DNA of 64,000 nucleotides from a bacterium. GTDB taxonomy: Bacteria > SAR324 > XYD2-FULL-50-16. The stretch is taken from positions 7,423 through 71,422 of the forward strand of contig JAJRZQ010000028.1 in the NCBI GenBank assembly GCA_024275165.1, read 5' to 3'. The translations under genes were made by a program, and so were the position numbers. This document shows, piece after piece, positions 58,187 through 64,000 of the stretch. Position 1 is the stretch's first letter; each line of letters opens with the position of its first letter. The notes under the pieces are model-generated. The model was not told where the DNA came from, ran no database searches, and was given only the letters and a program-made list of their open reading frames with translations.

Positions 58187-58966
58187 ATGGGCAAGGTTTG
58201 GTTTGTGGGCGCCGGGCCCGGGGACGCGGAACTGATCACCGTGAAGGGGATGAATCTTTTATCCCAAGCCGGGGCCGTGCTTTATGCGGGCTCCTTGGTA
58301 TCGCAGGCGGCCTTGCGTTGGGTTTCTCCTTCTTGTGAAGTGGCGGACTCTAAATCCATGACCTTAGAAGAAATCACCGTTTGGCTCGCCGGCAAAGCGG
58401 GCCGACACGCAACGGTGGTGCGCCTGCAAACCGGAGATCCCAGCCTATATGGGGCCTTAATGGAGGTCGCGCGACCTTTGAAACAACAGGGGATTGAGTT
58501 TCAAGTCGTCCCTGGGGTTTCTTCCGCTTTTGCTTCCGCGGCAGCGGCGGGGGAAAGCCTAACCCTGCCCGAAGTCACCCAAAGCGTGATTTTTACCCGT
58601 ACCGAGGGGCGCACTCCCATGCCGGCGGGGGAAGACTTAGCCGCCTTGGCGAGTCACCATTGCAGCCTGTGCATTTTCCTTTCGGCCACCTTAACCGAGC
58701 AGGTGCAGCAAGCCCTTAGAGAGGCCGGCTGGGCGGAAGACTCCCCTATTTTAATTGTACAAAAAGCCTCTTGGCCCGAGGGGGAACAAGTCCTCTACAG
58801 CAATCTCGCCGACTTGAAAACAGACTGCCAAGCCGCCAAGATCAGCAGCCAAGCGATGATCATCGCCAGCCCGACCCTGGGAGCAAAAAACTGGCGGGAA
58901 CTAAAAAAATCAAAACTCTATGCCGCCGATTTTGCGCATCGTTTCAGAAAAATAAAAAAGACATGA
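58187..58966 (+). CDS. cbiF: Cobalt-precorrin-4 C11-methyltransferase CbiF/CobM
   Basis: FVGAGPGD.ELITVKG, YAGSLV, RLQTGDPSLYGA, PEVTQSVI.TR..GRT, SKLY...F.H.FR. Confidence 0.95.
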   Translation: MGKVWFVGAGPGDAELITVKGMNLLSQAGAVLYAGSLVSQAALRWVSPSCEVADSKSMTLEEITVWLAGKAGRHATVVRLQTGDPSLYGALMEVARPLKQQGIEFQVVPGVSSAFASAAAAGESLTLPEVTQSVIFTRTEGRTPMPAGEDLAALASHHCSLCIFLSATLTEQVQQALREAGWAEDSPILIVQKASWPEGEQVLYSNLADLKTDCQAAKISSQAMIIASPTLGAKNWRELKKSKLYAADFAHRFRKIKKT

Positions 58967-59841
58967 ATACCAAGGTACTGCTTGTAGGGCATGGTTCTCG
59001 CGGGCCCGGGGGCAACGCGGAGGTATTGACCTTCGCAAAGCAATGGCAAGATAAGGTGGAATGGCCTGTGGAGGTTTGTTATTTGGAATTTGCCGATCGG
59101 CTCTTGCCTGAGGGGTTGCGCCAAGCCGCCCAAGGGGTAGAGCGGGTGGTGGTACTGCCCCTGATTCTCAACGCGGCAGGCCATGTAAAAATGGAAATCC
59201 CGCTTGCTTTAGAGCAGGCGCGCATCGTCTTTCCCCAAACGCGTTTTCTCTTAGCCCCGCATTTGGGCGCGAACGAGGCTATTTTGACCCTGCTGCTCCG
59301 TCGCTTGCGCCAAGGGATGGAGGAGTTGCATTGCCCCGACCCTAAAACCACGGGGGTGATTTTACTGGGTCGGGGTTCATCGGATGCCGGGGCAAACAGC
59401 GAGGTCGCCAAGATGGCGCGCTGGCTTTTTGAGGAAACAGCGCACGAGTTGGTGGAAATCGCCTTTACGGGAATCACCTATCCCCGTTTGGAAACCGTGG
59501 TGCAACGCCTACAGCGTTTAGGCATGAGTCAGGTCGTTATTTTGCCTTATTATCTTTTTACCGGTCGCTTGATCGAGCGCATTCACTCCCAAGTCGAGCG
59601 CTTGCAAGGGCAATACCCGCAAATCGCCTTTGCTTTGGGGAACTATTTCGGTTTTGCCGCAGAAATCAACCAACTCATGAGCCAGCGACTCGACGAGGCC
59701 CTAGCGGAGACCCCACAGGGAATTTTAGCCTGTGAGGGTTGCAGTTATCGCAAAAAAGCGAGTTTGGGCCTGGAACACTCCCATTCCCACAATCACGAGC
59801 ATGGCCACGGCCACGCCTCACGCCTCCAGCGGGCAACCTGA
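58963..59841 (+). CDS. cbiX: Sirohydrochlorin cobaltochelatase CbiX (long form)
   Basis: LLVGHGSR, AGHVK.EIP, GRGSSD..AN, PYYLFTG, CEGC and a His-rich tail. Confidence 0.93.
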   Translation: MNTKVLLVGHGSRGPGGNAEVLTFAKQWQDKVEWPVEVCYLEFADRLLPEGLRQAAQGVERVVVLPLILNAAGHVKMEIPLALEQARIVFPQTRFLLAPHLGANEAILTLLLRRLRQGMEELHCPDPKTTGVILLGRGSSDAGANSEVAKMARWLFEETAHELVEIAFTGITYPRLETVVQRLQRLGMSQVVILPYYLFTGRLIERIHSQVERLQGQYPQIAFALGNYFGFAAEINQLMSQRLDEALAETPQGILACEGCSYRKKASLGLEHSHSHNHEHGHGHASRLQRAT

Positions 59842-59845
59842 AACG

Positions 59846-60505
59846 ATGAGCAAGACCAAAGTAACCGACCAACTCACCCCCAAAGGCCGCCAGATTGAAG
59901 CGGGCTCTTTCGCCATTGTAGATCAAGAGGCGGGGCCTCACTCCTATTCCCCAGAGCAATGGCAGGTGGTGCGTCGGATGATCCATGCCTCTGCCGACTT
60001 TGAATTCAACGGCTTGACCGCTTTTCATCCCCAAGCGATTGAGGCGGGGCTTGCCGCCTTAAAAGGCGGCGCGGCCATTGTCAGTGATGTGGAAATGATC
60101 ACCGTTGGGGTTTCTAAGGCGCGCTGCAAACATTTTGGGGTCACGGTGCATCAATTCATCTCCGATGAGGATGTGATCGCCCTGGCAAAAGCGGAAAACA
60201 CCACCCGCGCCGTGCAGGCCATGCGGAAGGCGCAACGATTCGGCCTCTTGGAGGGGGCGATTTTGGCTTTTGGCAATGCCCCCACCGCTTTATTGGAAGC
60301 CCTTCGCTTGATTCAAGAAGAGGGGGCCAAGCCCGCCTTGGTCATCGGCATGCCCGTGGGTTTTGTGTCTGCGGCGGAATCAAAAGAGCAACTCATGGAG
60401 TTGGAGCAAACCCCCTGGATCACCATTCAAGGCCGCAAAGGGGGCAGCCCCCTGGTGGTTTCGGCGATTCACGCCCTCATGACCTTGGCGGAACAGACCT
60501 CTTAA
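59846..60505 (+). CDS. cbiC: Cobalt-precorrin-8 methylmutase CbiC/CobH
   Basis: IE..SF, RRMIHASADF, GNAPTAL, GMPVGFVSAAESKE, GRKGGS. Confidence 0.95.
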   Translation: MSKTKVTDQLTPKGRQIEAGSFAIVDQEAGPHSYSPEQWQVVRRMIHASADFEFNGLTAFHPQAIEAGLAALKGGAAIVSDVEMITVGVSKARCKHFGVTVHQFISDEDVIALAKAENTTRAVQAMRKAQRFGLLEGAILAFGNAPTALLEALRLIQEEGAKPALVIGMPVGFVSAAESKEQLMELEQTPWITIQGRKGGSPLVVSAIHALMTLAEQTS

Positions 60506-60519
60506 TTTATCGGCTCATC

Positions 60520-61623
60520 ATGAAAAAAGGCACAGGAGGGGGACTACGCACGGGCTACAGTACGGGTGCCTGCTCCGCTGCCGCTGCTCGAGCCGCCATG
60601 TTGGGCTTGCTGACCGGTCAAGTTCCCTCGGAGGTGGTCTGCCAAATCCCCAATGGGGATCAGGTGTATTTTACCATCAGCCAAAGCCTGGTGGAAGAAA
60701 ATCACGCCCAGGCAGTGGTCATTAAAAAGGCGGGCGACGACCCCGATGTAACTGATCAAGCGGCAATCACCGTTGATCTGCGCTGGTTGCCCGAGCAACC
60801 GGGCAAGGTGAGCTTTGTCGCGGGCCCAGGGGTGGGGCAAGTGACTCTCCCCGGGTTAGGGCTGGAGGTTGGCGGCCCGGCGATCAATCCCGTGCCCCGA
60901 AAAAACATTGCCGAGAACCTAAGGCAGGTGGCGGCGGAGGCCTTACAGGCCCAAGGGGTGGAGGTCACCATTTCAGTGCCCGGTGGGGAGAAACTCGCTA
61001 AACGCACCCTCAACCCTCGCTTAGGGGTTTTGGGGGGGATTTCGATTTTGGGCACCTCAGGCCTGGTCAAGCCCTATTCCACCGCTGCCTTTAAGGCTTG
61101 CGTGGTGCAGGGGGTGGAGGTTGCCGCCAGTCAAGGGCTGCGTCTTGTTGTTTTGACCACAGGTGGGCGCACGGAAAAATTTATGCAAAGAGAATTGGCC
61201 CATTTGCCTCCACCGGCCTTTGTGCAGATGGGCGACTTCATTGGGGCCGCTCTGGAAATCGCTGCGCGACAAGGTTTAAAGGAAGTGGTTATCGGGGCCA
61301 TGGTGGGCAAATTGACGAAAATCGCTCAAGGGGTGAAGCAGACCCACGCGAGAAAATCCAAGGTGGATCAAACTCTTTTAGCTCAGTTGGCCGAACAGGT
61401 GGGGGCGGAGCCGGCTATTTGCCAAGAGATTTTAGCGGCCCAAACCGCCCGCTTCGCGGCGGAACGCTTGGCCGAAGTGGGTTTGGATCAAGCCTTTTAC
61501 CGGGCCTTAGCCCGACACGCCTGGAAGCGATTGAGCCAAACCCACTCCTTTCAGTTTCGTATTTTAGTTTGTGATTTTGCGGGAAATAAATTGCTGGATT
61601 ACGCGGGGCCTCAAGATGACTAA
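60520..61623 (+). CDS. cbiD: Cobalt-precorrin-5B C1-methyltransferase CbiD
   Basis: LRTGYSTGACSAAA, KKAGDDPDVT, AINPVPR, TLNPRLG..GGISILGT.G, QMGDF. Confidence 0.96.
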   Translation: MKKGTGGGLRTGYSTGACSAAAARAAMLGLLTGQVPSEVVCQIPNGDQVYFTISQSLVEENHAQAVVIKKAGDDPDVTDQAAITVDLRWLPEQPGKVSFVAGPGVGQVTLPGLGLEVGGPAINPVPRKNIAENLRQVAAEALQAQGVEVTISVPGGEKLAKRTLNPRLGVLGGISILGTSGLVKPYSTAAFKACVVQGVEVAASQGLRLVVLTTGGRTEKFMQRELAHLPPPAFVQMGDFIGAALEIAARQGLKEVVIGAMVGKLTKIAQGVKQTHARKSKVDQTLLAQLAEQVGAEPAICQEILAAQTARFAAERLAEVGLDQAFYRALARHAWKRLSQTHSFQFRILVCDFAGNKLLDYAGPQDD

Positions 61624-62896
61624 ACGCTGCCCCGTTGTGGGCCTTCTTCCCGATCCTTCGCCTCTGCATCCCCTGGCCTTGCGGCGGCTCAAAGAGGCTA
61701 CTTTGGTCATCGGCTCTCAGGAGCAATTAACCCAAGCGGCCCCCTGGCTGGCTCCCAAGGCGAGGCGTTATGATCTCTTGGGTCGGTTGCAAAGCGTGCC
61801 GGAAGTGATCGAGGCAGCCTGGAAAAAAGGTGAAACCCCTCTCGTCTTAGCCACCGGTGACCCCTTTTGCCAGGGGATTGGCGCTTATTTAGCGAGTCGT
61901 TTGGGGGCGCAAAATTTAGAAATTTTCCCTCATCTCTCGGTGATTCAACTGGCCGCGGCTCAAATCGGGCTCGCTTGGCAGGGGGTGAAGGTGGTCAGTC
62001 TGCATTGCGCCGATTTAGGGGAATGGGCCTGGGGGGCAGACCCCCGCAATGGGCTTTATCCTCTGCGTCAAGCCTTGGCCGGCCCAGGCCCCTGGGCGGT
62101 GTTCACCGGGCCCGCGAACGGGCCCGATAAGGTCGCCCGCTTGCTGGAGAGGGAGGGAATCGCCGATGAATTCGCCTTGCACCTCTTTGAGCGCCTGCAA
62201 TACCCCGATGAGCGGGCGCGGCTTCACCTGAGCGCCTTTGAATTGTCGCAGGGGCCTTTTTTAGAGCCGAACCTGCTTTGGCTCACCCGCCTTACCCCTC
62301 CGGCGAGCCCCCAACTCTTTGGCTTGGCCGACCAAGCCTACCAAACCCGCAAGCCGGAAAAGGGCCTGATCACCAAACGAGAGGTTCGCTGTCTCGCCTT
62401 GGGGCTCTTGGAGTTGACCGAGGAGACTTGGCTTTGGGATATTGGCGCGGGCTCCGGCTCGGTCGGATTGGAGGCGGCAAGAATCTGTACCAAAGGCCAT
62501 GTGTGGGCCATGGAAAAAAACGCGGAAGATTACGCGATTGCCTTAAAAAACCGTCAAGCCATGCGGGTTTTTAATTATAGCCTATTTCATTGTAAGGCCC
62601 CAGAAGGGTTGGAGACTTGGCCCGACCCGGACGCGGTTTTTATCGGCGGCTCAGGGGGGGAGTTGAGAGGGCTGATCCAGCTTGTTTTGCGGCGGTTAAA
62701 GCCTCAAGGTAGGTTGGCGCTTACTTTTGTGACCTTAGAAAACCTAGCCCTTGCCCAGGCAGAACTCAAAGCCTGGGGCGGGGATTGGGGGATGATCCAA
62801 AGCCAAGCGAGCCGCAGCCAACCGATTTTAAAGATGCACCGCTTTGCGGCGGAGCATCCGGTATGGCTGCTCTGGGCAAAAAAAGGAGAGGCATGA
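61616..62896 (+). CDS. cbiET: Bifunctional cobalt-precorrin-7 C5 / -6B C15 methyltransferase CbiET
   Basis: LATGDP...GIG, SLH, GLITKREVR, WDIGAGSGSV..E, PDAVFIGGSGG. Confidence 0.93.
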   Translation: MTKRCPVVGLLPDPSPLHPLALRRLKEATLVIGSQEQLTQAAPWLAPKARRYDLLGRLQSVPEVIEAAWKKGETPLVLATGDPFCQGIGAYLASRLGAQNLEIFPHLSVIQLAAAQIGLAWQGVKVVSLHCADLGEWAWGADPRNGLYPLRQALAGPGPWAVFTGPANGPDKVARLLEREGIADEFALHLFERLQYPDERARLHLSAFELSQGPFLEPNLLWLTRLTPPASPQLFGLADQAYQTRKPEKGLITKREVRCLALGLLELTEETWLWDIGAGSGSVGLEAARICTKGHVWAMEKNAEDYAIALKNRQAMRVFNYSLFHCKAPEGLETWPDPDAVFIGGSGGELRGLIQLVLRRLKPQGRLALTFVTLENLALAQAELKAWGGDWGMIQSQASRSQPILKMHRFAAEHPVWLLWAKKGEA

Positions 62897-63666
62897 AGCC
62901 AGGCCGATTGATCGGGCTTTCTCTAGGCCCGGGGGACCCGGGGCTGATCACCCGCAAAGCCTGGGAAGCCTTACGGGGAAATGCCTTATGGTGTTACCCC
63001 ATCCGCAAGCGGGGGGCGGAGAGTTTTGCCTTAAGCATTGTAAAACGCGCTGGTTTGACAGTGCCCAAAGAGGCCAAGGCCTTGATCTTTCCCATGACGA
63101 GCGAGCGGGGAAAACTCAACCAAGCCTGGGCTGTTGCCGCGAAAGAGCTTTTTGAGGTTTTATCTTCTGGTCGAGACGCCCTTTTTTTAGTGGAGGGGGA
63201 TGCCTCCACCTATTCCACCTTTGCCCACCTTGCCCGCAGCTTAAAAGCCTTGGAACCCAGGGTTGAGATTGAGGTCCTCCCCGGGGTGACCTCCTTTCAT
63301 GCCGCCGCCGCTCATCTGCAAGAGCCCTTGGCCCTGGAAGGGGATACCTTTGCGGTGATCCCCGCGGGTTATGGGGTCGAGGTCATCCGCCGCCTTTTGC
63401 CGGAGTTCGATTGCCTTGTTTTGCTGAAAGTCAAACCCCTCTTAGATGAATTGATCCAACTCATTGAGGAGGAAGGCCTGAGCGCGGAAGCCCGTTTTAT
63501 TGAAAAGGTGGGCACCCCGGAAGAACGAATTGAAACCGAAATCAAAAAATTGCGAGGGGAAAAGGTCAATTACCTTTCCTTGTTGATCTTACGCCATCCC
63601 CAGCGGCAGCGGGGAGCCCTGATCCAGGGATGTAAAAAGAAAACACCGGAACAAACCAAGCTATGA
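62893..63666 (+). CDS. cbiL: Cobalt-precorrin-2 C20-methyltransferase CbiL/CobI
   Basis: G.SLGPGDP.LIT, FPMT, EGD.STYSTF, PGVTSF, LVLLKV, YLSL. Confidence 0.93.
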   Translation: MKPGRLIGLSLGPGDPGLITRKAWEALRGNALWCYPIRKRGAESFALSIVKRAGLTVPKEAKALIFPMTSERGKLNQAWAVAAKELFEVLSSGRDALFLVEGDASTYSTFAHLARSLKALEPRVEIEVLPGVTSFHAAAAHLQEPLALEGDTFAVIPAGYGVEVIRRLLPEFDCLVLLKVKPLLDELIQLIEEEGLSAEARFIEKVGTPEERIETEIKKLRGEKVNYLSLLILRHPQRQRGALIQGCKKKTPEQTKL

Positions 63667-64000
63667 GTCAGCCTAAAATCGCTTTTGTGGCCATTACCCG
63701 GCATGGGGCGGAAATAATCCAGGAACAGGCAAAGCATCTGCCGGAGGCGGATTTTTTTATTATTGGAAAATTCTTATCCCTAGTGAATCACCCCAGGGCG
63801 AAGGCGATCCCCGGGAAGGTGGCCGCCGCGGTGGGCCAACTCTTTCAAAGTTATGACCAGTTGGTTTTTTTTGTTTCCATTGGGGCGGTGGTACGCCTCA
63901 TCGCCCCGCATTTAAAAAGTAAAGAGACCGATCCGGGCGTGATCGCCTTAGATGACGAGGCCCGCTTTGTGATCCCCGTTCTTTCGGGGCATGTGGGCGG
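63663..64000 (+). CDS. cbiG: Cobalt-precorrin-5A hydrolase CbiG, N-terminal part (truncated by the window edge)
   Basis: Manual translation: MSQPKIAFVAITRHG...GAVVRLIAPHLKSKETDPGVIALDDEARFVIPVLSGHVG. Not in the ORF track. Confidence 0.92.
   Translation, partial: MSQPKIAFVAITRHGAEIIQEQAKHLPEADFFIIGKFLSLVNHPRAKAIPGKVAAAVGQLFQSYDQLVFFVSIGAVVRLIAPHLKSKETDPGVIALDDEARFVIPVLSGHVG

Overview
A dense 64-kb bacterial chromosome segment, probably from a deltaproteobacteria-like lineage (SAR324/Lambdaproteobacteria is a guess from protein style, not a demonstration). Core genes: rimP(3' end)-nusA-infB-rbfA, rho-rpmE-prfA, dksA, comM and a DEAD-box helicase. Signalling: a PAS hybrid kinase, two HD-GYP proteins and a cNMP-like/Hpt/HATPase CheA-like kinase. 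There is a mixed-orientation glycan locus (B12 radical SAM, FkbM methylase, three glycosyltransferases, Wzx), an MlaA-MlaC-MMPL lipid transport trio, and a large divergent anaerobic-type cobalamin cluster that runs off the right edge. I saw no rRNA, tRNA, CRISPR array or intact transposase. The most unusual signals are: a dispersed 27-bp palindromic repeat plus a ~100-bp multi-hairpin relative; a 30.3-33.5 kb envelope module (23-aa hydrophobic sORF, two paralogous beta-barrels, a FecR-domain gene split at an A7 slippery run, a structured intergenic region); a motor-less FtsK 4TM protein; an orphan SPL-like radical SAM gene opposite a LysR gene; and G10/C9 tracts in glycan genes. All calls come from reading motifs by eye, and no database searches were run.
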